IMG/VR virus record: IMGVR_UViG_3300028886_000035 | Span: 217,187 to 281,186 of that record | From: a virus | Lineage: Duplodnaviria > Caudoviricetes | Reading direction: 5' to 3' (one strand) | Length of the DNA stretch: 64,000 bases | Shown: piece by piece, positions 10,692 to 19,347 of the stretch | Numbering within the stretch: the first letter of the stretch is position 1 | Layout of the letters: each line of letters begins with the position of its first letter | Made by a program: the position numbers and the translations under genes | Notes under the pieces: generated by a model | The model's input: the letters and a program-made list of their open reading frames with translations, nothing else | What the model was told of the DNA's origin: nothing | Database searches by the model: none

Positions 10692-11036
10692 TTATTTTGC
10701 ATTATTGATTGCAGTAACAATATTTGTGATTAGATTAACAATATGTTCTTCACCGCCTACAATATTATCAGGGGTGACAACGGATGCCGCAAGCATCATG
10801 TATACTGTCCTTGCGTTCGGAACTAACGTTACCACAAGACTACATATAATTATAGCTATAATGCAAGTCTTTACATACTTCTTCGTGATTCTTCTATTCT
10901 CTTCTTCATCTGGACCACCTGCTACTAACACCACTAAACCAGCTATAGAAATTACTAAGACAAAAAGTGATAGAACATGAATCATACTAGCAACATGAAT
11001 TAAATAAAACCATATCGGCGAGATAACTGGTTCCAT
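10692..11036 (-). CDS. Membrane protein
   Basis: MEPVISP start, two TM helices, SD AAGGAG. Confidence 0.7.
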   Translation of the reverse strand: MEPVISPIWFYLIHVASMIHVLSLFVLVISIAGLVVLVAGGPDEEENRRITKKYVKTCIIAIIICSLVVTLVPNARTVYMMLAASVVTPDNIVGGEEHIVNLITNIVTAINNAK

Positions 11037-11053
11037 TTATCTCTCTCCTTTTC

Positions 11054-11122
11054 TTTTAATATTCTTACGGGCAGAAGTCTCCCCCCCTCAAACGCCAAAG
11101 GCGTTAGGTGGGGGTAGTTGAC
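11054..11122 (+). mobile_element. Solo IS200/IS605-type end hairpin
   Basis: TTTTAATAT-TCTTACGGGCAGAAGTCTCCCC..AACGCC AAA GGCGTT..GGGGGTAGTTGAC. Confidence 0.65.
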
Positions 11123-11128
11123 ATCACC

Positions 11129-11464
11129 TTATCTATAAAACAATTCTTTTTCTACTAAACTATCTATCATTTTTGATACTTGATTATATGCAATATCATC
11201 ACAAAAATGTGGTTGACAAAAGTTTTCATCTAATATAGATATTTCTTTTATCCCCATTGTTTTTTTATCAATATCAATTGAAAAAGAAACGTCATAATTA
11301 TCAGGATAATTAATTTTTCTATAAAAATGTAAAACAGGTTCATAATAATTTGTAAATCCATTATGAATAAAATCATCACATGTTTTATTTGGATTTATTT
11401 TAATTGTTTCACACAACGCAACAAAATCTTTTGAACGTGCATTATCAAGAACATATATATCCAT
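11129..11464 (-). CDS. Hypothetical protein
   Basis: ORF with SD GGAGG and an upstream promoter. Confidence 0.6.
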   Translation of the reverse strand: MDIYVLDNARSKDFVALCETIKINPNKTCDDFIHNGFTNYYEPVLHFYRKINYPDNYDVSFSIDIDKKTMGIKEISILDENFCQPHFCDDIAYNQVSKMIDSLVEKELFYR

Positions 11465-11644
11465 GATATATTTCCCTCCATATATCTTTCTATATATATA
11501 ATTTTATCATTGATAATGTGATTTGTCAATTAAAAAACAGTAAAGAAATTAATCTTTACTGCATTTTAATTATTAGCCTTTTACTTCAGATGTAGTTGTT
11601 TCTTCTGTTTTTGGAGCAGGTGTTTCACCTTTCTTTTCTTCTTC

Positions 11645-11932
11645 TTAAGAAAGACCGACTTCTTTTTCTAAAGCAGTTTTAAAATCTGCCATAGCTTTAT
11701 CTAAATCTGCTTGTTCAACTTTTTTAGCTACACCACGGTCAAAACAAACGTCCATAAGAGCACGATATGCCTTGTATACTTCTACATTATCTACATTTTT
11801 CTTTTCAACGTAATAATGCGATTCATAAATACGTACAGGTTTAATTGTACCTACATTCGGATATTCATATTTTCCTGTAGCAAATACAGGTGTAATTGTA
11901 TTTACATACGTGTGCTTTTTTTCATCTGCCAT
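11645..11932 (-). CDS. Hypothetical protein (in-frame 23-aa tail after the TAA)
   Basis: SD AGAGGT; codon style of highly expressed genes. Confidence 0.65.
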   Translation of the reverse strand: MADEKKHTYVNTITPVFATGKYEYPNVGTIKPVRIYESHYYVEKKNVDNVEVYKAYRALMDVCFDRGVAKKVEQADLDKAMADFKTALEKEVGLS

Positions 11933-11977
11933 TATTATCTACCTCTAATTTTTTAATATAATATTATTAAAACGGAA

Positions 11978-12487
11978 GTGAATGAATTGAAAAAATACCA
12001 TTTCTATAAAATAATTGATAGTACAACAAATCAACCAATTTATATTGGATGTACCTCTCAACAATTAAATAGGCGATTTTGGCAACATAATCACGATATT
12101 AAATCCGCAGTATATAACAACTATGTTTTAAAAGGGAATAAAAATTTATCAATTAAAGAAATATCATTAACTATAAACAAACAATTTAACTATTCTATTT
12201 GCCTAAAATATGAAGAATTGCTAACATATATTTATGGATATTCGTATAAATTATGTAATCACAATGCAGGTAATTTATTTTATCAAGACTTAAATGACAG
12301 TATTTTATATCAAAAAGTCCATGATTTTTTATTTCATTTAATTGAAAAAGAAATTAGTATTTGCGATATATCAGATTATAATGAAATTATTTCTTATATA
12401 CAAAAAATCTGTTCCACTAATGAAACAGATTTAAACATATTAGATGATATATGTTGTGAACAAATATGTGAATTAGAAGATTATTAA
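11978..12487 (+). CDS. GIY-YIG domain protein
   Basis: HFYKI...IYIGCT..L.RRF.QH...YE...N. Confidence 0.7.
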   Translation: MNELKKYHFYKIIDSTTNQPIYIGCTSQQLNRRFWQHNHDIKSAVYNNYVLKGNKNLSIKEISLTINKQFNYSICLKYEELLTYIYGYSYKLCNHNAGNLFYQDLNDSILYQKVHDFLFHLIEKEISICDISDYNEIISYIQKICSTNETDLNILDDICCEQICELEDY

Positions 12488-12506
12488 TTCATATATTCAT
12501 CATTTT

Positions 12507-12947
12507 TCAACCAAATTTTTCTTTTTTAGCAAGTTCGATTCTTTCATTTAATTTATTGAAAAACTCTTTATCCACGATTCGGATATTATCTTCTTTATTA
12601 TTGATAATTACATTTTCTTCGCCAAGTAATGCAATACTCCCAATACGATAAACTTTATCGTTCTTGGGTTTATAAATAATATTTCCTTTAGAAACGTATT
12701 CATCCTTTATACTATAAACGTAAATTCTTTTCCATTCAGGATTATCTACTATGGTAAGTGAATATTCATCTCCACCATATTTAAACCAATCAGTGCAATA
12801 TGGATTGAAAAAGAAACAACCAAAATCTGGTAAGAGGAGAATTATATTATCGAAATTTTTCTTATAGTAGGTAAATACTTTATTGAGAGTATTAATAGCA
12901 TACTCTTTATCCTTTATTTCTTCAAATTGAAAATTCAATTCCGACAT
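12507..12947 (-). CDS. Hypothetical protein, paralog of 12963-13307
   Basis: Shared EE.KDK.Y..N.L.KVF.YY, TDWF..G..YSLT.V, GSIAL. Confidence 0.65.
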   Translation of the reverse strand: MSELNFQFEEIKDKEYAINTLNKVFTYYKKNFDNIILLLPDFGCFFFNPYCTDWFKYGGDEYSLTIVDNPEWKRIYVYSIKDEYVSKGNIIYKPKNDKVYRIGSIALLGEENVIINNKEDNIRIVDKEFFNKLNERIELAKKEKFG

Positions 12948-12962
12948 AATATGCTCCCCTTA

Positions 12963-13307
12963 TTAAAAATCGATATCTGTAATTTTAATAGTATATTTAT
13001 GGTCAGCATTTGCCTTTTCTTTACAGACTAATGCAATACTCCCGAGGCAATAGCTTTCTTCATTCTCGAGTTTGTTAACATAAACAGTTTTCAACTTACT
13101 ATCATGAACATAAACCACAGTAAGTGAATATACTGCTCCATCAAATCTAAACCAATCTGTAGAAAGAGTATCTATAACTAAAGATTCGTACTTCTGAGAG
13201 TTAAGAATTGCATCATCAATATTCTCCATATAATATAAAAATACTTTAATGAGAATATTATCCTTATAGTTTTTATCTTTCATTTCTTCAATATATATTT
13301 CTGGCAT
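12963..13307 (-). CDS. Hypothetical protein, paralog of 12507-12947
   Basis: Same shared motifs as 12507-12947. Confidence 0.65.
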   Translation of the reverse strand: MPEIYIEEMKDKNYKDNILIKVFLYYMENIDDAILNSQKYESLVIDTLSTDWFRFDGAVYSLTVVYVHDSKLKTVYVNKLENEESYCLGSIALVCKEKANADHKYTIKITDIDF

Positions 13308-13550
13308 ATTTACTCCCCCAAATCAATAGCAAAATTATGAAAATTTTGTACTTCCATATCATATACATCTTGTTCTTCTCAAATCATTGTCCAAATCACA
13401 AATGATATAAATAATATATATAAATACCACCAAAAATTCATGAATTTTTACGCTTATAAAAAAATCCTTTCTTTTTAGTATATCCTGATATACTAAAAAT
13501 TGCAATAGACGCTCCTATTGCACCTATTAAAATTCCTGAAACAAAATAAA

Positions 13551-13799
13551 TCATATTGTTTCTCCGTTTATACGTTTATACAAATGATGTATATCTATAG
13601 ATAGATTTCGTTTTTCTATTTCCAAACGGTTGATTCTATCTTCCAATTTTAAAATTTTCATCTGTTGATTCGATATTAAATTTTGCATATCCATCAATAT
13701 TTTTCTTAACATTTTTTTGTTATTTACATTAAATGACTGATAATCTTCCCAATCTTTCAACTGCATAAAACCATTATCCATAAAATTATTTATCTCCAT
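13551..13799 (-). CDS. Coiled-coil hypothetical protein
   Basis: Heptad pattern. Confidence 0.5.
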   Translation of the reverse strand: MEINNFMDNGFMQLKDWEDYQSFNVNNKKMLRKILMDMQNLISNQQMKILKLEDRINRLEIEKRNLSIDIHHLYKRINGETI

Positions 13800-13879
13800 T
13801 CTTATACTAAATTTTCATATATAGTATAGAAAAAATGCTAAGTGAAATTATATTCACTTAGCATTTTTAATAAATAATT

Positions 13880-14593
13880 TTAATGAACAATATGTCCATT
13901 TACATCAAATTTATAATCATTAACTTCTTGTTGTGCTTGTTCATATCCTTCAGAATCCATATCCATAAGTTCTTGGTCTGAACTTTCAACATAGTGAAGA
14001 ACAATTTCATCCAATACACTAGCTAACCCTTCAGAAAGTTGTTCAACAAGTTCTCTTAGATTGAATGTATGTATTTTTTCATCTTGATATTCTGTAACAT
14101 CAGATACTTTAATATTGGTTTTATAGTCTTGTACTAATCCACTAATCTTAAATTTAACTCCATCTTTTTCAAAACAATCTAATGCATTACTTTCATCTAA
14201 ATGTTTTGATTGTTCTTTTGTTTCAAAAGAATTATGAGTACGCTCATTATCAAAAGAAATAAATTCTGTTAAATCAATTCCTGCTTCATTAACTGCTTTC
14301 ATAAATAATGGATTTGTACTATCCAATACAAAATCCTTAATATCAACAGAAAAATCAAATGGATTATCTTCACCCATATGTACTTCAAAATTCTCGTCAG
14401 GAATACCTGCTTTTTTCAAATCAACAGTAATAGCATTTAAATCTATAGTAACCAAATCTTCTGCATTCATTTCGTTTAGAATTTCCGCTACTTCATTGAC
14501 TGCTTGCTCTTTTGAAGTTTTACTAAGTTCATCATATGTATATTCAGATTGACCTTCTGCAATCAAATAACGCCTTTTATTCATATTATACAA
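13880..14593 (-). CDS. Acidic hypothetical protein with KRRYLIA N-terminus
   Basis: 237-aa ORF. Confidence 0.65.
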   Translation of the reverse strand: MYNMNKRRYLIAEGQSEYTYDELSKTSKEQAVNEVAEILNEMNAEDLVTIDLNAITVDLKKAGIPDENFEVHMGEDNPFDFSVDIKDFVLDSTNPLFMKAVNEAGIDLTEFISFDNERTHNSFETKEQSKHLDESNALDCFEKDGVKFKISGLVQDYKTNIKVSDVTEYQDEKIHTFNLRELVEQLSEGLASVLDEIVLHYVESSDQELMDMDSEGYEQAQQEVNDYKFDVNGHIVH

Positions 14594-14657
14594 CCTGCCT
14601 TTTTTACAATGTGTTATCTAATTAAAGAATAGAAGCATACATAAAAAATATTAGATG

Positions 14658-15017
14658 TTACTTATTCATCTTTCTTTTTCTATTTAGTTCATCATTACGT
14701 TGTTTTGCTGCTTTACCGAATTTATAATGAGAATCAAAATTTACAATAAGAGTATAATCTTTTAAATTAGAAAACTTTTCCACAAATTTATTATCAGGAA
14801 CAAATTCCCATTTCTCAATCTGATTATCTTTCATTGTTTCGTTTTGAAGAATCCATTTAGACATTTTATTTGTCCATTGACTCTGCAACCAAATATACCC
14901 TTCTCTTTCTTTATTGCCATAAAAAAGACTCGGTTTCAATTTACTCGTATAGCCAATGAACTGTTTATTTTCTTTATTCCACTCAAAATTTTTCGTATTA
15001 ATAACTCTGCTTTTCAT
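14658..15017 (-). CDS. Hypothetical protein
   Basis: SD GGAGAGGT. Confidence 0.6.
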   Translation of the reverse strand: MKSRVINTKNFEWNKENKQFIGYTSKLKPSLFYGNKEREGYIWLQSQWTNKMSKWILQNETMKDNQIEKWEFVPDNKFVEKFSNLKDYTLIVNFDSHYKFGKAAKQRNDELNRKRKMNK

Positions 15018-15223
15018 TGATTACCTCTCCTTACATACAATAACCATCCAACTATTTACAGTTTATCATATATAAATTAATTTGTCAATGATTTTTGTTT
15101 ATCCTAATAACCATATCCCCATTAGAAATAATACTATCTGTAATATAGTCTAATCTCATTTGACCAACATATTGATATGGAATTTTTAATATTTCAAAGT
15201 TTTCAAATACAATGTGCATTTCT

Positions 15224-15397
15224 TTAATTTTCATCATTAACACCTTGTAAAGATAATAGGAAAACTCCAAATGTAATAAACATATATGCCAATACATATA
15301 TTACCATTTGCATAAACCCGCAGAAATACCATCCAAAGCCAACAATTAACCAAAAAATAATTAGCCACATTAATACTAAAATTACCAACCAATTCAT
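15224..15397 (-). CDS. Small membrane protein
   Basis: Starts MNWLV; two TM segments. Confidence 0.5.
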   Translation of the reverse strand: MNWLVILVLMWLIIFWLIVGFGWYFCGFMQMVIYVLAYMFITFGVFLLSLQGVNDEN

Positions 15398-15429
15398 ATT
15401 ACAAACCTTCTTTCCAATATATATAGAAA

Positions 15430-15938
15430 AATGGATAACAATTACCAAAACTTTTATGAAAGGAGAAATAAAAGTTATATACTTATACAAGTACTTTGAT
15501 AATTCGTTATCCACAAAAGAACCTTTTGTATGTTTTATTTTATTTGTATCCCGCATACTGCGTCAAGCACCTTGAAAAGTTCTTTTACACATTGGAACAA
15601 GAACTGTTTAAAAGAATGTTTTTATATCCTATAATAATCCAAAACGTATTCTGACATTATCGTTTAACAGTAAAAACGCCAATCCTTACTGTTTCATCAA
15701 CGTATTTATATATCGCTATCTATAAATACCGTCCTTTGGCAAGAACTAAAAAGATAGGGAAACTCTTTTTATTGATGAATAGTCTTTTGTGTTTAGACTA
15801 TCTATAAATTATCAAAATATAAAAACTTTAATTCTTTAGGGATTTCTTATTCTCGTTTATTCCCTTCATACTAATATTCACCGTTTGCATAAATTCCCTA
15901 AGTGAATACAGGCACTTATCTGGGTTTCTCACCCACTT
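15430..15938 (-). ncRNA. Candidate large structured ncRNA (~510 nt) downstream of tnpB
   Basis: Own TTGACA-N18-TATAAT promoter; many hairpins; no credible ORF. Confidence 0.6.
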
Positions 15939-15988
15939 CTCTATTATAACATAGATTAAACGGTTTTGTCAATCATTTTCTTGTATTT

Positions 15989-17077
15989 TTAATCAATAAC
16001 TCTTACTCTACGTGTATGCAATTTTAAATTTTGCTTGCAATTTTTCCATTGAATAATTTTCTTTTTCTTATTATCAATGTTATCTACATATTTTCGGAAA
16101 AAATTATAAGCAGCATTAATATCTGCATTTACATAATTATTATCTTTTGTTCGATATAATCCACGATGTACGCGCCTACCAAAGTGTTTATCTCTTTGCT
16201 TTACACTTTCATCATCATAAAAAGAGCATTGTGAACTATAATCTTCTGCAATACAAGAATACTCCCATTTATTTACTTTGCAAATATGCTTAATGTTTTT
16301 TACAAACAAAGACATACCAAATGCAGTAATATTGTCTCTTTTATAATCCATTCCCATAAATGTATGATATGACAATGATTTTTTTGTTGGAATTTTACCC
16401 ATCAAAATAAAATCTATACCGTTATCAATACAGTATTGTTTTACAATATTTGATGCTTTTTCACAATATGTTCTCAAATAATGATAATGATTGTGCTTTA
16501 TTTTATCAATCTTTTTGGATTCAGAATTAATTCCTTGTAAAAAATTAATTTTCTTTAAACAATAATAATCATATGCTTTTAATTTTTTACCATCGACTAA
16601 AAACGAATCTCCGAAACTTGTCACACAAGCTCCCAAATTATCTACCCCAACATCTATAGCAATCATATGATGTTTTCCTGATTTGCCAATCTCCAAGTCT
16701 AAATAATATTCCTTATTTTTGTACATAATCCATGCAGACAAAATATTTATTTTGTTAGTATCAATATCAAATGGAATAATTAAATTATTTAATTCAATCT
16801 GATTATTCGTAAACCTATTTGGATTGATATAGATATTACGATACCTGTATTTAACCTCTTTATCTGCCTTTGTAGCTCGTTTAATCGTTCTTATGGCACA
16901 TTCTTTATGCAATCGTTCAGGAACAAAATCTAAGTACCTTACAGACGTTTGAAAAGGCTCTTTATGACTTTGTTTCCATAGATATGCTTCATGATATAAT
17001 TGCGAATTATCTAAAAGCATATTCTTAATTTGTTGTTTTTGATAATTATCCAAATTTAATTTAAAAAGTTTATGCAA
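15989..17077 (-). CDS. tnpB: TnpB-family RNA-guided nuclease (rearranged RuvC-II clade, no Zn finger)
   Basis: IAIDVGVDNL, AEDYSSQCSF.D, GRR..RGLY, NADINAAYN. Confidence 0.85.
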   Translation of the reverse strand: MHKLFKLNLDNYQKQQIKNMLLDNSQLYHEAYLWKQSHKEPFQTSVRYLDFVPERLHKECAIRTIKRATKADKEVKYRYRNIYINPNRFTNNQIELNNLIIPFDIDTNKINILSAWIMYKNKEYYLDLEIGKSGKHHMIAIDVGVDNLGACVTSFGDSFLVDGKKLKAYDYYCLKKINFLQGINSESKKIDKIKHNHYHYLRTYCEKASNIVKQYCIDNGIDFILMGKIPTKKSLSYHTFMGMDYKRDNITAFGMSLFVKNIKHICKVNKWEYSCIAEDYSSQCSFYDDESVKQRDKHFGRRVHRGLYRTKDNNYVNADINAAYNFFRKYVDNIDNKKKKIIQWKNCKQNLKLHTRRVRVID

Positions 17078-17130
17078 AATATTTCACCACCTTACTTTTT
17101 AGTTTATCATATATATGCAATGCTGTAAAC

Positions 17131-17237
17131 AAAAAAAGTGGTTAAAGAAGTTCATCTTTAACCATAAATAAAATTATAAGTCAAATAAAAAGGAAGTTTG
17201 AAAAGAAATACTTTTAGAGAGAAGTTTTTCTTTTCAT
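17131..17237 (-). ncRNA. Candidate ~105-nt sRNA
   Basis: Promoter at 17271-17243, internal hairpin, terminator TGGTTAAAG/CTTTAACCA followed by a U-tract. Confidence 0.5.
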
Positions 17238-17274
17238 CTTCTATTATATCAAGCCCACATCTATTTGTCAAGAC

Positions 17275-17775
17275 CTAGAAACCATATTTTTCACACAAAG
17301 GTTCTAAATCATATCTTGCACTTTTTCCTTTAGAAAAATTAACTGCTTTTATTATTGGCATATTTTGTTTCAATATTTGATATACACCTAATCTTTTTAT
17401 ACGCTTACCTAAAATAGCATGAGCGTTATTCTGTTCTGCAAGCATTGTTACATAAAGAATACAAAATAATTTAGCTACAACTAAAAAATCTTTCTTATTG
17501 TACGTTTCTGCTATATTACGAATAGCTAACCAATGCTGACTATTGATATTTATGCCAACCATATTATAAACTAAAATAAAATCATTATATACTTTATCTA
17601 TTCCATATTTATCTGATAATTGTTTCAAGCAAGTAAAATAATCTATATCCTTTATTGCATAGTTATTTAGTTTAAACATAAACCCATCGAATTTTCCTCT
17701 GCATTGATAAATAAATGAACCGTCAGGAAATCTCAATATCGGTTTTTGTGATTGACCTATCTGAATTTCTTCCAA
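17275..17775 (-). CDS. Conserved hypothetical protein (DUF7004-like)
   Basis: F.DGS...G.FD, VY.DF..VY, M.AE.N...LGKRIKRLG..Q.L, C..YGF. Confidence 0.6.
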   Translation of the reverse strand: MEEIQIGQSQKPILRFPDGSFIYQCRGKFDGFMFKLNNYAIKDIDYFTCLKQLSDKYGIDKVYNDFILVYNMVGININSQHWLAIRNIAETYNKKDFLVVAKLFCILYVTMLAEQNNAHAILGKRIKRLGVYQILKQNMPIIKAVNFSKGKSARYDLEPLCEKYGF

Positions 17776-17826
17776 TATACTTCAACTCCTTTATTTTTAT
17801 TATAAGATGCTATTGGTTAAAATGTC

Positions 17827-17871
17827 AAATGATAATTACATAAATGATAATTACATAAATGATAATTACAT
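17827..17871. repeat. Perfect tandem repeat, 3 x AAATGATAATTACAT
   Basis: Read directly from the sequence. Confidence 0.9.
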
Positions 17872-17879
17872 ATAACAAA

Positions 17880-18133
17880 AGAGACAAGGAACTACATCAA
17901 ACCTTGTCTCTTTCATTATGTAGTTTTTGTAAATAAAACCAATACAATAAAATCTTTCGTATCTAGCATAAAGATTTATCATTTCTCGTTTATAGAATTT
18001 GTCATGCATTATAAAAACATATCTGAAAACCACTTGTTACGTATCGACACATTTTTAATATAACGTGTTCTGTTAAACAAGAAATACATGGACCGATAAA
18101 TCTTCTACAAAAAATTCTATCTTCTTGATTTCT
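17880..18133 (-). ncRNA. Candidate ~250-nt ncRNA
   Basis: Promoter at 18168-18140, terminator at 17877-17913, long-range stems. Confidence 0.45.
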
Positions 18134-18184
18134 ATATATATTATACAACAATTCTTTGTATTTGTCAAATAATTATTTTATAAA

Positions 18185-18217
18185 ATAACCTCAGTCATCG
18201 CCAAACTGAGGTTATTT
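18185..18217 (-). terminator. Terminator of the tRNA operon
   Basis: ATAACCTCAGT/ACTGAGGTTAT hairpin. Confidence 0.7.
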
Positions 18218-18251
18218 ATATTATTATCTTAATAAAATATTTTACCTTTTT

Positions 18252-18335
18252 AAACAATGGCAAGATTCGGACTTGCGTTAGCTCTCGCTAAACCACCTTG
18301 CGCGAGGTGTACCTTGCCACTCGTCTCACATTGAA
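18252..18335 (-). ncRNA. Class II tRNA-like RNA or pseudo-tRNA (6-nt loop CGCGCA, no CCA)
   Basis: T arm GCAAG-TCCGAAT-CTTGC, long variable arm, stem CACCT/AGGTG, acceptor CAATG/CATTG. Confidence 0.6.
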
Positions 18336-18367
18336 GAATAAAATATTAAACCAAAATAATAACTTTT

Positions 18368-18410
18368 ACAAGACACATTATACCCATAATTCTTTGCTGA
18401 TAGTGTCTTA
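18368..18410 (-). ncRNA. CAGCAA-stem RNA, copy 1
   Basis: AAGACAC-TAT-CAGCAA...GTGTCTTGT. Confidence 0.75.
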
Positions 18411-18435
18411 TATATTTAATTATTTAAATTTTAAA

Positions 18436-18510
18436 TGGAGCTAACGGTAGGACTTGAACCTACAACCGATTCATTACAAATGAATTGCGCTACCTTTGCG
18501 CCACGTCAGC
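18436..18510 (-). tRNA. tRNA-Thr(TGT)
   Basis: Cloverleaf, loop TTTGTAA, CCA. Confidence 0.9.
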
Positions 18511-18511
18511 A

Positions 18512-18586
18512 TGGCGGGGGTACTTAGAATTGAACTAAGATATGTCGGGTCAAAGCCGACCGCTCTCGCCATTGAGCTATACCCCT
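18512..18586 (-). tRNA. tRNA-Gln(TTG)
   Basis: Loop CTTTGAC, CCA. Confidence 0.9.
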
Positions 18587-18594
18587 AATTTAAT

Positions 18595-18671
18595 TGGAGG
18601 TGGTACACAGATTTGAACTGTGGAATAACGGTTTTGCAGACCGTCGCCTTAATCCACTTGGCTATACCACC
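18595..18671 (-). tRNA. tRNA-Cys(GCA)
   Basis: Loop CTGCAAA, U73, CCA. Confidence 0.9.
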
Positions 18672-18723
18672 ATTTCCTTTAACAATTATATTGTACCACT
18701 TAATACAATGTTTGTCAAGGATT

Positions 18724-18801
18724 TTATTAGTTTTTGTTTCCCTAATTTTATGTTAGGTACTTATGTCAATCACCACGAAAAGGTACTAATAATAGATTGA
18801 C
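18724..18801 (-). ncRNA. HDV-like theta ribozyme at the tRNA-Gly 3' end
   Basis: P1 GTCAATC/GATTGAC, P2 TTATTAGT/ACTAATAA, P3 ACC/GGT, L3 TTTTCGT, P4, J4/2 CAAAA. Confidence 0.85.
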
Positions 18802-18874
18802 GGAGCGGTATGTGAGAATCGAACTCACAATTTCAACTTGGAAGGATGATGTTTTACCATTAAACCAATACCGC
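18802..18874 (-). tRNA. tRNA-Gly(TCC); ends CC|G at the ribozyme cut site
   Basis: Loop CTTCCAA. Confidence 0.9.
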
Positions 18875-18878
18875 ATTA

Positions 18879-18952
18879 TGGGTGCAGGAAGTAGACTCGA
18901 ACTACTAACGAAAGTTTATGAGACTTCCATGTTACCTTTACAATATCCTGCA
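18879..18952 (-). tRNA. tRNA-Met/Ile2(CAT)
   Basis: Loop CTCATAA, CCA; lacks the three G-C anticodon-stem pairs of initiators. Confidence 0.85.
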
Positions 18953-18954
18953 TA

Positions 18955-19030
18955 TGGCTCACCAGGTAGGAGTCGAACCTACGACCCAATGATTAATAGT
19001 CATTTGTCCCCCCGACTGGACTGCTGGTGA
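18955..19030 (-). tRNA. tRNA-Asn with unusual ATT anticodon
   Basis: Stem AATGA/TCATT, loop CTATTAA, G73, CCA. Confidence 0.8.
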
Positions 19031-19031
19031 A

Positions 19032-19118
19032 TGGTGGGCAGAGTTGGATTTGAACCAACGTAGACATAAAGCCACCAGATTTACAGTCTGGCTCCTTTAG
19101 CCACTCGGACACCTGCCC
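19032..19118 (-). tRNA. tRNA-Tyr(GTA)
   Basis: Loop CTGTAAA, long variable arm, CCA. Confidence 0.9.
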
Positions 19119-19129
19119 ATATTTTAGTT

Positions 19130-19202
19130 TTATCAATTTTAGTTTCCCTTATATCAGGTACTTATGTTATCCACCCCGTAAAGGTATTGATAATAGGATA
19201 AC
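19130..19202 (-). ncRNA. HDV-like theta ribozyme at the tRNA-Glu 3' end
   Basis: P1 GTTATCC/GGATAAC starts right after CCA; P2 TTATCAAT/ATTGATAA; L3 TTTACGG; J4/2 CTAAA. Confidence 0.85.
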
Positions 19203-19278
19203 TGGTGACTCCTGCCGGGCTCGAACCGACGATGACAGGATGAAAACCTGTTGTCTTAACCAACTTGACTAAGGAGCC
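19203..19278 (-). tRNA. tRNA-Glu(TTC)
   Basis: Loop TTTTCAT, CCA. Confidence 0.9.
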
Positions 19279-19347
19279 AGATAAATGATTTTTAATCATT
19301 TATAAATTTTTCATCATTATAAGATTTTCACCTTATTTTGATGATAA

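Noticed and set aside
15398-15556. N-terminal extension of ORF 15224-15556
   Set aside because: It overlaps the structured non-coding region; the SD supports the start at 15397.
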